From assembly GCF_009914755.1 (NCBI RefSeq), contig NC_060927.1: DNA of 64,000 nt, one strand, 5' to 3'. Each line of letters begins with the position of its first letter. Positions within the stretch are counted from its first letter, which is position 1. The notes under the pieces are model-generated. The model had not been told where the DNA came from, did no database searches, and saw nothing but the letters and a program-made list of their open reading frames with translations. The position numbers and the translations under genes are program-made. The DNA is from the human T2T-CHM13v2.0 reference genome, Homo sapiens. Below, in pieces: positions 14,642 to 28,777 of this stretch.

Positions 14642-15853
14642 TGCAGGGGGCCCACACCCTCGTCCGCTGCATACACCAAGACCCCTCCAAGGATGGAGCT
14701 GTGGAGAGCAGGCCCCGTGCTCAGCAAGGAGCCAGCCACCGCCAGGCCCTCCCTCTATGATGCTGCTCTGAGGAACAGCAATCCACCCTTACCGGCTGCT
14801 CATGCCAGCAACCCCACACCCCACTCAGCCCAAGGAAGCCCCTTGGACAGGCAGGGGAAGGGCATGCAGACGTAGGCTTTCCTGACTTGATCCTACAGGC
14901 AATGGGGAGCTAATGAAGGTTCTTGAGCTGAGAGAGACTTGATCAGAGTTGGGCTTTAGACTCATGAACCTGGCAGGGACTGGGTTGGGGCTAAGCAGGG
15001 TATCATGAGCTTGTCACAGCAGCAGACAGTAACGACGGATGAGGATGGTGTTAAAACTACCTCTTTTCTGGACTGGGGCCTGAGGGGGCGCTGAGTAGAG
15101 AGAAATTACCTTCCTGAAGTAGACCAGGGGCTCAGAAATAGTGGGCTAGCCGCAATACCATGGGGAGGTGGGCTCCACACCCGACAAGGGCCTGTTCTTA
15201 TGGATGCTTTTCCTTTTCACTGTGGTGAGTACAAAGGCTTTGAAATTCCTGGAGGGACTGGCCTGTTGCAAAGCCCCCGATGGTCTTTTTTGCTTATCCC
15301 TGACCAAGGATGGTCTCAGAATCAACCTCTAGATTAGTCTTCCAGAGAAGCACCTGGCCCACTGTCAGCAGGGACATGTGTTCCTGTCACCCCAGCAGGA
15401 CAGCTGTGTGGCTCTGCTGGCCTAGTCGTTCACGATCCTCTGATGTCCCCATCATTTGGTTCATTCGTTCATTCACTCACTCATGCCTGGCTAAGAGCCA
15501 GACACAGGAGGTGCCAAGGCGCTGAGACCAAATCCTGCTGAGGCACTTGCAGGGCAAATTCATAGAGCTGTGAGCAGTGCACCATAATAAGCACGGAGGC
15601 AGAGGGGACGGTGGAGGAAATCTCACCTTCTGCTAGAGCTCAGAGGGCTTGGCAGAGGAGGGGACCTGGGAGGCTGGCTTGAAGGATAAGAAGAAGGCCC
15701 AGCAAAGGAGGAGAGGGAAAAGGCACTCAGGAGGGGCTGGGGCAGGCAAGGGCTCAGTGCACCACAGGAACCTGTGAGCAGGAGGGCTGTGGATTTAGGG
15801 GAGCCACCAAGACAGGCTGTTAGAAAAACATGCTGATAGTTTGGGCCATGTAT

Positions 15854-16031
15854 CTGTAACATGCTATCCAGATGGGAGGGGAAGCTCTTTACAGCTGCGC
15901 CACTTGGTAGCACCCCTGCCCCTTGCCCACCTCAGAAGAGGCAGGAAGAGACTAGGTGGAGGCAGGAGGGGTAGGCAGGGGAGTGGGGAGGGCACAGGGT
16001 GAGGAGACTGGGTCTCTAGTTGGATCAGCAG
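15854..16031 (+). repeat. 178-bp direct repeat, copy 2
   Basis: Offset 1390 bp from copy 1; sits within an L2-like remnant (~15450-16240). Confidence 0.97.
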
Positions 16032-17389
16032 ATTCTGACAGACCCTGAAGCAGGCGTCATGCCGTGGGGACTGGAGCTTACCCCTGCAAGCATCAGGGAA
16101 CCACACACTGGCTTTAAGTGGGAGAGACAAGGCCAGATCAAGGAGGACCAGCCCTCTGGTGGGGCGCGGGGTAGGGGCACTGGATGGAAGAGGGTGAGGC
16201 TGGAGACAGGGAGAACAGGGAGGAGGCCAGTACCCAGGGTGGGGACATTTCCCAACTGCTGGGACGGAGGGGCTGGCTGTGAACTCGGGGCCTTCTATAG
16301 GTATTTAGTCCTAGAGCTGAGCTCAGGGAGGAGGTGCTCTGGGAATGAATGAAAGAAAGAATGAAATGTCCAGGTGAGGGGGACCATGCTTCTTTCCGAG
16401 CCTTTTCCCCTGCACTCCTCAAGCACTCAACACCAAACAGAGTTGCTGGGACCTCCTCCACATCCACCCTGGGCTGGGGCTCTAGGGGGGCCCTGGAGGA
16501 GCCCATCAGCCTACCCTGCGTCTCCTGCCCTCCACCCTGCCCCCTGAGAATGGCAGGGACTGGACCATAGGCCCAGACACTTCCACAGTCCACCTCTTCT
16601 CAAAGGGCCTCAGGCAGGCCTCTAAGAGAGGCGTTTAAAGGGTCAGCTTAGTTTAGTGTGTGTGCTCCTTGTGAGGCCGGATTGGAGGTAAGGGGCTGCA
16701 AAGAGGCGTTAATTTGCCACATGTAAACGTTGTGCATACACCCAGATTCTGAGGCCCGGTCTCGGCATTTCTTGGTGTTTAGTTTTTCTAGGGCCCTTGA
16801 AATGATGGAGTAGGCTGTGTCTCCTCTTGTCTCTGAAAGGCCCTGGCCTTAAGCAAGTCACCTGTGATTCCCTTGCTTGATCTATACAAACAAAACAGAT
16901 TTAGACAGCCCGTAAACACTGTTTCTTGCTCTAGGCCTTGTAGGATGGCCCCTGCCTGGACAGTCCCTCCACACCCACTTCCTGTCCCCAGCCCAGCCTT
17001 AGCCACATACTCCCAGAGCTACCTCAAACCCCCTCCCCAAGCCATGCCCCTTTCTTCAGCACCAGATACTGCTACCCATGACCCCCACCAGGTTGTAAAC
17101 TCCTCAGGGCCGGACGCATAGTAGAGGCTCAGTAAATATGACCGAGTGACTAGACAGTGCATACATGGGCCAGTCCTGTCTCTGCCATTGACTTACTATG
17201 TGCCCGTGAATAAGCCCACTCACCTCTCTGGACTTCGGGGCCCTTGTCAGGAAAATGGGACAAATGTCCCAGAGTTGCCTGCTTCCCAGGGCTGCTGTGA
17301 ATCTCAGAAACATCCCGTAACTCAGAAACACTGACAATGAATGGCTGCAAAGCTGTGAGGTGTGGCACAAAGGTAAGGAATAGCCACGT

Positions 17390-18149
17390 TTGTGTTGGCT
17401 GGAGCTGCTGTAACAAGGGGCTGTGGTCTGAAAGTGTGCCCCCCAAAGTTCATGTGTTGAAATCCTCACCTCCAAGGCAATGGTTTAGGAGGCAGAGCCT
17501 TGGGGAGGTGATTCATGGGATGGAACCCTCATGAATGGGATTAGTGCCCTTATAAAAGGCTCCAGAAGGACCCTCACCCCTTTCCCTGTGTGAAGTTATG
17601 AGAACACAGCCATCTGTGATGCAGCAGGTCCTCACCAGGCACTGAATCTGCAGGTTCCTTGATGACGGGCTTCCCAGCCTCCAGAATGGAGAGGAACCTC
17701 TGTTGTTTCACAGCCACCCAGCCTATGGTATTTTGTAATAGCTGCTCGAACAGCCTAAGACACAAAGGTGACCCAAACTGAGTGGCTGAAACAACAGAAA
17801 TTCATCCTCTCACAGTTCTGGATGCCAGAAGCTTGGACCAAGTTGTGGGCAGGGCCACGCTCTTCCAGAAGCTGCTAGGGAGGCTCAGTCCCAGGCCTTG
17901 CTCCCTGTTCCTGGTAGCTCCTTGGCCTATGGCCACAGAACTGCAGTCCTCACATGGCATTCTCCCAAATTTCCCCTTTGTAGAGGAACACCAGTTATGT
18001 TGGATTGGACCCACCCTCCTCCAGTATGGCCTCATCTTAACTAATGATGTCTGCAGCGACCCTATTTCCAAATAAGGCCACGTTCCGGGGTCTTGGGGTT
18101 TAGGACTTCTACATATGTATTTGGGGGACATGTGTTCAGCCCACAATAC
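17390..18149 (-). mobile_element. MLT1B/C-type LTR interrupted by a second LTR
   Basis: gctgctgtaacaa (~17405) resumes at ~17763 ccaaactgagtggctgaaacaacagaaatt...ttgggggacatgtgttcagccc. Confidence 0.7.
17422..17762 (+). mobile_element. MLT1A0-type LTR nested in opposite orientation
   Basis: tgtggtctgaaagtgtgccccccaaa...atgaatgggattagtgcccttataaaag...cctaagaca. Confidence 0.8.
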
Positions 18150-18421
18150 CACACATGATGACACATTTCCTTTGCCCCCTGTCATCTCTCCTGTGGTCAC
18201 TTACGGAGCCCTCCCGCCCCACCGCAGGCATTTGCTATGGTCAGTGTTGGGGGTGCGAGTGTAGCAGCATTTGGGTTAGGGCTAATCCAGCCCAAAATAG
18301 AAGCCAGGGAAGCCAACCTCCAGCATGTCACTGGGTCCCCAAGGAGGTCAGAGTCTCCCTTCGCTGCCCTCAGGAGGAGAAGCACTTGTGTCCTTGTCTG
18401 TCCAGGCTCCCAGAACACTGA

Positions 18422-18619
<198 letters not shown>

Positions 18620-18755
18620 TAGGTGACCACATCAGCTGCCAGAATGGGCGTGGCTCACAGCAGGCCACCTCGGGGCTATTTGGCCTTGGGCAAGTCACTA
18701 CCCCCAGGCGTGGCCTGGGTCATGTCCAACCATCCCTGACATCTAGCCCATGTAA

Positions 18756-19292
<537 letters not shown>

Positions 19293-19402
19293 CGCCATCC
19301 TGGCAGCAGCCAAGTGAGCCAGGCCCCGGCCCGGGGTGCTGGGGCTTCTTGCCAGCCCAGCCCTGCCTCCCCGGTCTCCCACCCTGTCCTCCAAGCTTCT
19401 AT

Positions 19403-19408
19403 AATAAA
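19403..19408 (+). terminator. C3orf20: C3orf20 polyadenylation signal AATAAA (3'UTR ~19293-19425)
   Basis: Canonical hexamer 110 nt after the stop. CA dinucleotides ~15 nt downstream, then GT-rich sequence. Confidence 0.85.
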
Positions 19409-19721
19409 CCAGCGGGCCTCCAGCATTGGGGTGAGGCTCTGGGGAAGGACAGACCCAGCTCATTCTGTCTTCTGTGAGGCTAGAGGCCCCCAGCAGACTT
19501 GTCCCAGGTCACGTCCTTGGAAACTCGGTTCCCCCGATGCAGAACTTCCTCTGCGGCCAGTTAAGTCAGCTGAGGCCCTCCCACACTCAAGGAAGGAAGC
19601 TACCTCCAAGAGGTAGCGCGAGGATAGGTGACCCAGTAACCCCCAGGATGCCCAGATGGGACTGAACTGGGCCTCCTATACCCTTCCTGGGTGAGGGAGG
19701 CTCAGTCTATGGTGTAGGTGG

Positions 19722-20060
19722 GAAAGACAGCAAGAAGAGAACAGTGAAGAGGCAGAGAGAAAGGCCAAAGGCAGGGAAGAAGAGACAAAGGGAGAAATGA
19801 GAGGAGGAGCAAGGAGAGAGAGGAAGAAAAAAGTGAGGGGGGAGGGGAGGGGGTAAGAAAGAAGATGGAGGAGGGAGAAGGAGAGAGGAAAAGTAGGAGG
19901 AATAAACAAGGAGGGAGGGGGAGGGGAACAAGTAAGGAAGGAGGGGAGGGAGGAGGGGAACAAGTAAGCGGGGGAGGGGAACAAGTAAGGAGGGAGGGGC
20001 AGGAAGAAGCAAGTGTGGAGTGAGGAGGGAGTTAAGAGGGTGATGGGGAAGAAATCACTG
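19722..20060 (+). repeat. Polypurine (GA-rich) tract with three GAGGGGAACAAGTAAG units
   Basis: Seen directly. Confidence 0.9.
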
Positions 20061-20346
20061 AGGGGGGATCTGAGGAAGATGAGAATGGTGCAGGCTGGGA
20101 GACTTAATGACAGAGTGCTCACCCCTAGGGACCCTTCAGTGATGCCCTGAAAGCCAGAGCCCTGTGGCCTCCTGGGGGCAGACATCCCCACTGAGCCCAG
20201 CCACAGTGCCATTTGGTGCATTTCGGGCTTCTTTCCTGAGCCACAGGCCTTAGAAATCCTTGCCAGCATCAAGGGGCCCAAGACAGTAGTCCCTCTGGGG
20301 TGCTAAGTTTCCCCATGTCCCTGAGGGTGCCTGTGAGGGACAGAGA

Positions 20347-20427
20347 TAACCCCTGCTCTGGGCCCACGGCTCTGGGCTGTCTCGTCCTAACCCCTGCGCT
20401 GGGCCCACGACACTGGGCTGTCTTGTC
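20347..20427 (+). repeat. 41-bp tandem duplication
   Basis: taacccctgctctgggcccacggctctgggctgtctcgtc repeated at 20388 with about 4 differences. Confidence 0.85.
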
Positions 20428-21890
20428 TGGGTTCACCGGAGCCCTTTCCAGGAGCAGCTGAGGACTCCAGAAGGTCTACCTTTTTCTCCCAGCCCAGAGC
20501 AGAGCTCAGGCCTTGAGCTGCAGGCAGCATTTAGTGAGATGTTGCACTTAGAAATGCTTATGCTTCCTCTGTAATATAAGCTTTTTTAATCTGAATTTTT
20601 CAAGCTTTAATGTTTATCCTTTGTATCATTCAAAAATGTTTTTTGAATTATACACTTGTTCTTCTAGAAATGAATTTGAAATGACTTGCGATATTCGTAA
20701 GCTTGTATCTTTGATATTTAAGGACCTTGATGTTTATCATGGGTCCCAGGGGCTCTATCCACTCTCCCCTCCTCCCCTCCTGAGCACAAGGACAGACAAG
20801 GATTGGAAGGCAAGGGAAAGAAAGTTCCACCTCTGTCCTTGCAGGCAGGCACCTTCCAGCCCCTAAGGCAAGACCTTGGTAAAGGCCGGAATGGAGACCT
20901 CGGCTCAGGCAAGGGCCTGAAACAAAGCCTCTGCCCTGCCACCCTAGACCTGCCTTGTGGGCCGTGTGCTCAGGAGTGCTTGCGTGGGTATGCCAAGCAG
21001 TCTGCATGCGCATGTCAACAGCCGCGAGCACTGTGCACACAGACCTGTCTCTGAAGGGCAGGTCCTGGCCCTGCCCACGGGGCTCACCACACTGAAAGGG
21101 GCAAAAATGAGCTGCTCGTGAGCGGGACGCCTCCCACTGGTGGAACAGGCCCAGCGAATGTCCAGGGCTGCAGAATCAAATGCACCTTAGGGAGGAGGGA
21201 GAAAAGGGGAAGCCCCTCTCCATGGAAACCCCAGGAGAGCAGGATAAGGCTTCACCCCTCAAAGATGCCCCCAACAAACCAGGCACGATGGAAAGGTGCT
21301 CGATCAACTGAGAACTGAGCCATAAACTGTTTTTGGACTCTTCAGGCTTCCTTCTGTTGTCGTTTTGGCTATAGGGAGGTCCAAGCCTCTCTAAGGAAAA
21401 AGCTGTGGCCCGATGCACATGGATGCTCTAGGGCAAACCCTGGCACATCTGCTGCTGCCTCACCCCCAGTCTTTGCAGGCAGCCCCTACCAACTACCTTC
21501 CCGTCTCTTCCATCCACGGAGTAGCTCTTTCCTCTAGCCAAGACTCAGTTTTTAGGAAGACTCCTCGGAGGAAGAGAGGGTGCAGCTAGAGCTAAAACCT
21601 ACAGGGCGGGTTTTGTTAGGAGGCATTGCTGTGTGTGACCTGTGTCTGAGTAGGCGGCATCCCATTACTCACCTCTCAGGTTATCAGCCTGTCAGGGAGA
21701 CATGGAATGGTCAGCAGCCCATGGCCTCTGGGAAATGGGAGCAGGGTCTCCCCTTATTACTGAGAATCCTTTCTTGTTCAGGCTGACCCAGTGGAAGGCC
21801 CAGGAGAGGGCAAGACTACCCATGAATAGACTCGGCGTCCAGGAAAACTAGGGCAAGGAGGAAACCCAGGAATCATGGTGTCTGACCCCT

Positions 21891-22369
21891 TGATCTGCAG
21901 GTGAACCCCCAAATTGGGGCTCAACTCATGAAAGTTTTTGGCTTTGCTTAGGAGGCAGCCCACAGTGAAAGAAAGCAAGTTTATTACAGCAACAGCTACA
22001 GCAAAATGGCTGCTCCATAGACAGAGCAGGGCTAGTTTATACCCACTCTTAATTATATGCTAAATAAGGGGTGGGATATTTGTGAACTTTCTGGAAAAGG
22101 GGCGGGGAGTTCCAGGAACCATGTAAGGTAACGTTCAGGGTGTTGCTATGGCATCATTCATAAACTATCGTGGCACTTGTGAGTGGCCTATGCAAATGTA
22201 TTATAATTAGCATATAATGAGCAACAAGGGCAACTAGAGGTTGCTTTCATCACCATCATGGTCCTAGCTGGTTTGGGCCGGCTTTTTTGTTGTTCTTGTT
22301 ACACTATGCTTCCATCAGCAGGGCAGTGACCAAGGCTTGGAAGACAAGTCCTGCTGATCTCCCACCTCA
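21891..22369 (-). mobile_element. MER66-type ERV1 solo LTR
   Basis: Reverse strand begins TGAGGTGGGAGATCAGCAGGACTTG and ends CCCCAATTTGGGG...TCA; octamer ATGCAAAT at 22190. Confidence 0.7.
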
Positions 22370-22714
22370 CCCTCACTTTATAAAAAAGGAGACTGAAGCC
22401 CAGAGGAAGGATGGCGGTACAGTCAGCACACGGCAGCAGCGGGCAAGGTCTCCTCCCACCCCTCCCTGTGGAGGTGCATCCAGGACCTAGAGGAGGGAAA
22501 CAAGGGCGAGGCTTCTGTCTCCAGCAACACTGCGCACTAAATGGCCTGAAAACACCATCTTGTTAGAAAACGCTAGAAATACTGAATAACATAAATTAAA
22601 TACCCCTTTAATTACATATGGGAACTCACAAGGTCATAGGAAAAATCTTCAGGGGCTGAAACACAAGAGGAAGGAGGGGAAACCAGGTGGTAAGCACTTG
22701 TCTCATCAGCGTAA

Positions 22715-23370
22715 GTGACAAGGTGGTCTTTTCAAGGAATGGTGCTGGAACAACCAGACAGTTGTTTGGGAAAAATTAAATCAATCTTTACTTCATACCA
22801 CTCACAATAATTAATTCAAAATGGATCATAGACCTGTACTTAAGAGCTAAAATTACAACAATTCTAGAGGAAAACATAAGGAAATATTTGTGATTTTAAA
22901 ACAAAGATTTCCTAGGACAGTAAGAAAAAAAGAAAAGAAAAATAAAATGGACTGGACTTCACCTTAAAAACTTCTCTTCCAAAAACACTTTAAGAAAATA
23001 TAACGGTGTACCACAAACTGGGAGAAAAATACAAATTTCTGGAATAAAGACCTCTTACGACTCAGGAAGAAAACCCTGTATTTTTTTTAAAGGACTAAAT
23101 ATTTGAACATACATTTTGCAAAAGTAGATATATAGATGGTTAAAAAAAAATGACAAGATGTTCAATGTCATCAGTCTTTAAGGAAATGCAAATTAAAACC
23201 ACAAATGAGATACTACTAGAAACCTATTAGAATGGCTAAAAAAATTTTTTTTGAACTGAAAATGCCAAGTACTGGAAAGTATGTGCAGCAGCTAGAACTC
23301 CCATACATTGCTGGTGGGAGTGCAAAATGGTAAAAGTACTTTGGAAGAGCATTTGATGGTTTCTTATTAG
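22715..23370 (+). mobile_element. L1M ORF2 3' fragment
   Basis: ttttcaaggaatggtgctggaacaa...aaatggatcatagacct...gaaatgcaaattaaaaccaca. Confidence 0.8.
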
Positions 23371-24149
23371 TCACACTTCTTATAAGAGCAGTGCGAAGGC
23401 CCAGGGTGAGGAGCAGGTGGCAGACCCATTCTGTGAGGAGTGATTGGAGGGCTTGGGCTGGCTCAGCCTGCACCCAAAGCCTGAGAGAGGCTCAGTCACT
23501 GTCCCTCACCTCTGCATGTCTGTCCCAAGGCCTGAAACTGGGAAAGTGAAATCACAGGCAGGTTTCAGCAATCTTCTGTTGAAATAAGATGGGATTTTTA
23601 GGCTGAATCCCAAAAACCATAGTCAGAAATTTCCCCAAGAACCCCTGGGTCCAAAGATGAATAGGGCCAGAGCTAGAACCAGCAGGATGTCTGTTCTGCA
23701 AGATATAAACACCCACCGAAGGCAGCCTGGTTTTCACCCACCTGGCAAGCCGACATGAACTGCTGGCTCCTTCCCTGCCCCAGAGAAACTGTGAAGCAAG
23801 TGTGGACACCAGGAACTAAACCCTTTAAGAAAAACCTGGAAGACTAAATGTGTCTAAAACTGGTTTGGTTGCAGGGGAAAATGTGGGTGGCTGCAGCCTG
23901 AGGAGGACAGGAGATGGGTGCAGTGGAAGAGAGCTGTATGAAATCTTCCCCAGCTCTGCCCTGCCTTTCCTCAGCAGAGCCTTGGGGCGGTCTTTACCTG
24001 CCTCTTTACTGCAGCAACAGCAGCAGCCCAGGCCACTGGTGCAGATGCAGGGGTTAATACTGAAGGACAGCAAAGGCTTTGCCATTAAGGTGTTGACGAA
24101 AGCAGATGATAACTCCCAGGTGCCTTTGACCATTTAAAAGCTCCATCTT

Positions 24150-24482
<333 letters not shown>

Positions 24483-24818
24483 TTACAAGGCCGTGAGAGG
24501 CCCCCTCTGATGGTGGGTGCTGCTTCCCCCAGGGATTTTTAAGGTCATACTCTAGCCAGGGAATTTGCCTAGTGGAGTGACAGTAAATCTGAGTGAGGAA
24601 CAAAGGTTTTGGGGTAAAGGGGCTCATTCGTTTACCAGCTCTGACATAGATTGGGGCTTGGCTTGTCATTCTTCCCCAAAACACATAAGCAGAGCAGCTG
24701 ATGAGGAACATCATACATATAAGACAAAAGCTGAAGAGCCAGTTAATAGATTAGAAGACTATACTATAGAACTCTCCCAGAATCAGGAAAGGTTAACTAT
24801 GTATAAAATATAAAAACA

Positions 24819-25011
<193 letters not shown>

Positions 25012-25716
25012 TCAGATATATATAACACTGAAAGATGTGGAGAAAAAATAAAGTACCAAAACCCAGATGATAAGGGTCCTGGAGGGTAAAAAAAAATAAA
25101 AATGTAGAGAAGGAACTATTATTTGAAAAAATAATGGAGATAATATGCCATAATTATGAAAAATGAAAGACTTCAGGGTAAAATTAATCAGAGTGCCAAA
25201 CAGAAGAGTTAAGGAAAAACCTACACATGGACATATTACAGTGAAATCTGAGAAAAAAAAATCTCTAAAAGATACCAGAGAGAAGCAGACCACCTACAAA
25301 GAAACAAGGGTCAAGCTGACATCAGATTTTTCATAGCAATGCTAGAAGTGAGAAGAATGTAATATCTTTAAAGAGTTATAGGCAAAGTACTCTAAACTGT
25401 AGGGGTAGGAGTAGAGATACTAAAGAGACATAGCAGTGTGAAAAAGTATTTAGCTTGTTTAGGGGAAAAGTAGACACTGATAAGCATAAGCATCAATAGG
25501 AATAAGCAGGTATAAAATTGGTCTTAATGGCACCCACCATAAGACCAAAATAGAATGTATAACTTTTTGACTGCTCGGGAATACTCTGTTTGTCCAAGGG
25601 AAACAAGTGAAGAGGAAAAAAAAAAAAAGTAAAAAAGTAATACCAAAAACAAGTCTCAATATAAGGTTAGTATAATAAATGTAAATGGGTTAAACTTGCC
25701 AATCAAAAAATAGAGA

Positions 25717-26222
25717 CTTTCATATACAAAAACTTGTACATGAATGTTCACTGAAGCATTATTCACAATAGCCATAAAGGGGAAACAACTCAAATGTCCA
25801 TCAGTTGATGAATAGATGAATAAATTATGGTATATCCGTAAAGTAGAATGTTACTCAGCAGTAAAAAGAATACAATTTTGATTCATTTTACAACATGGGT
25901 GAACCTTGAAAATATTATGCTAAGTCAAAGAAAACAGTCACAAAAGATCACATATTATATGATTCTATTTATATGAAATATACAGAATAGGCAAATTTAT
26001 AAAATCAGAAACTAGAGTAGTAGTTGCCTAGGACTGGAGGGCAGGAGAAACAGGGAGTGATTTTTAATGGATATAGAATTTCTTTTGGAATTATGAAAAT
26101 ATTCTAAAATTAGTGGTGATGGTTGCACAACTTTGTAAATATACTAAAAATCACTGAATTTTACATTTTAAATGGGTGAACTGTGTGGTATGTGAATTAT
26201 ATCTCAATAAAGCTGTTAAAAT
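25717..26222 (+). mobile_element. L1MB 3' end
   Basis: caaaaacttgtacatgaatgttca...tgtgaattatatctcaataaagctgtt. Confidence 0.85.
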
Positions 26223-26556
26223 GTTTAAAATGTAGGGATTCTCAGATTAGGTTTAAAAATACAAGATCTGACTCTATGTTGTCTACTTGAGACAGTCAAA
26301 ATAGAAAGACACATAAATATTGAAGATAAAGGACTAGAAATATATACCAGGCAAATATGAACCTAAAAAGCTAGGATAGCAATCCTAATATCTGACAAAA
26401 TATAATTTAAACCAAAAATATAGAGGATAGAGAAATATGTTATATAGGGGTAAGAGAAACAGTAGAACAAGAATGAAAATGCACCAGGATGTATGCAGTT
26501 TCAAAATACATCAAGAAAAAAAAAAACATAAAACCAACTTAAAATGAATTTTCTTA

Positions 26557-26684
26557 TTTTTTTTTTTAAGAGACGGGGTCTTACTATATCACCCAGGCTG
26601 GTCTTGAACTCCCGGGCTTAGGTTATCCTCCCACCTCAGCCTCCTGAGTAGGTAGGACTATAGGCACACACCACTGCATCCAGC
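26557..26684 (-). mobile_element. FLAM (Alu monomer)
   Basis: T-tail + agagacggggtcttactat...ccactgcatccagct; ~130-bp monomer. Confidence 0.8.
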
Positions 26685-27364
26685 TAATGAAGTGAATATT
26701 TAAAAATACCATTCCCAGAAATTAATAAAGCAGACAAAAAATAAGCAGAGATATCAAAGATCTGTATAATGCTATCAGTGAGCTTGACTGCGTGTATGTG
26801 AATCTACCTAAAATATAGAGAACCCACATTCTTTTTTGACGCCTGTGGAACTTTGTAAAAGATATACCATATATTAGATCATAAAGGAAGCCTCATTCAA
26901 TCCAGAGGAATTTACAGATTATATTATCCAAGTAGGATGCAATGAAGTTAGAGACAAATAACAAAAATGTCTTAACACTCTAGGTCTTTGGTTAAAATTG
27001 AAATCCTAAAGGAAATTCAGAAATATTTAGAATTGAATGATAATGAAAATGCTACAATGTCAGAATTTGTGGCACACAGCTAAAACAGTATTTGGAAGAA
27101 AATGTAGAGCTTTAAGTACATTTATTATTATTACTTGGCTATTTTTTTAGCCAAAAAAGGCTAAAAACAAGAAAGACATGCAGACGTTAATGAAATGGTG
27201 AAGATGACCAAACCCTAAAACTAGTCCTTTAAATGAATTAATAAGTGGACCCCCAGAAAGATATATAACAGCTTGGGAAAAAAAGAGAAATAAAGATCTT
27301 TTTAAAAATATTATTATGAACAATCAGACAACAATAAATGTGAAAACCTAGATGAAACCTGGGG

Positions 27365-27745
27365 CAAAGCCTGCCGTGTATTCCCAAATGATTCCCCTTC
27401 CTTCTGGGCACACAGCCCGGTTACACTTCCCATTCTCCCATGGATTCATCTGCAGCCAGGTGCCTAAGTTCTGGCTAATGAAATGTGGGTGGCAGTTAAG
27501 TTCACCACCTCCAGGCCCAGCCTGTAAAAGCTAACCCCGCAGCGCCCCCATGCTGTCCGCAGGGAAGAATGCTGGATACAGAAGCGCCAGTGGAGGACTC
27601 TGAGCTCTTAATGCTCCCACAAGATGGGAGAGTTCTGGCTCTCAGAGCCCTTCCCCAGCCCACGACGGACAATGTCAAGAGCGGGAAATAAACTTCATTG
27701 TGTTAAGCCACTGATATTTTTGGGTTTGATTGGTATATCAATTAC
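27365..27745 (+). mobile_element. MLT1I/H-type MaLR LTR
   Basis: aagttctggctaatgaaatgtgggtgg...aaataaacttcattgtgttaagccactga. Confidence 0.65.
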
Positions 27746-27937
27746 CTCCCTAATGTAAAATGGATATGTTTCTTAAAAAAACACCAGTATTGTTGCAAAA
27801 AGAAATCAAAAACTGGAAAAAACCTGGAATTGTAAATAAATGGAAACGGCAGTCAGTCTTATGCGTGTGCACGTGCACACACGCACATTCCAAAACCCAG
27901 GTCCATATGGTTTTACAGGTGAGTTTAAAATAGCTCA

Positions 27938-28224
<287 letters not shown>

Positions 28225-28376
28225 TTATGTGTGTGTTTTATAAGCTGTTCCTAAAAATAGCAAATTTTATTTTATAAAGCTCTATGTAAGTTTTGTCAAA
28301 GTACAATGTAAATATAGAAAAGTAAACAGTGTTTAAGCTCCATCTGAATGAATTTGTCAAGGTAAACATACCCCTA

Positions 28377-28777
28377 TGATATAGTTTGGATATTTGTCCC
28401 TGCCTAAATCTTATGTTGAATTGTAATCCCCAGTGTTGGAGGTGGGGACTGGTGGGAGGTGTTTGGGTCATGGTGGGGGATCCCTCATAGCTTAATCTTG
28501 TTCTCAAGACAGTGAGTTCTCGTGAGATCTGGTTTTTGTAAAGCATGGTACCTCCCCACCCACTCTCTCTTGCTCCTGCTTTCACCATGCAAAGTGCCTG
28601 GTCCTCCTTCGCCTTCTGCCATGAATAAGAGCTTCCTGAGGCCTCCCCAGAAACTGAGCAGATGCTGGCCCCATGCTTGTACAGCCTGTAGAAACATGAG
28701 CCAATTAAACCTCTTTCCTTCATAAATTACCCAGTCTCAGGTATTTCTTTATAGCAGTGCAAGAATAGACGAACACA
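28377..28777 (+). mobile_element. MSTA/MSTB MaLR solo LTR
   Basis: tgatatagtttggatatttgtccc...ccagtctcaggtatttctttatagcagtg...aca. Confidence 0.88.

Noticed and set aside
19676-20281. Hydrophobic Leu/Pro/Ser/Phe ORFs resembling membrane proteins
   Set aside because: Translation of the polypyrimidine strand of the GA-rich tract.
24009-24027. CAG/CAA run giving poly-Q in an ORF
   Set aside because: Only five codons, intergenic, no exon evidence.
27861-27887. 16-bp palindrome GTGTGCACGTGCACAC with an E-box
   Set aside because: Short alternating microsatellite-like patch inside a decayed L1; expected by chance.
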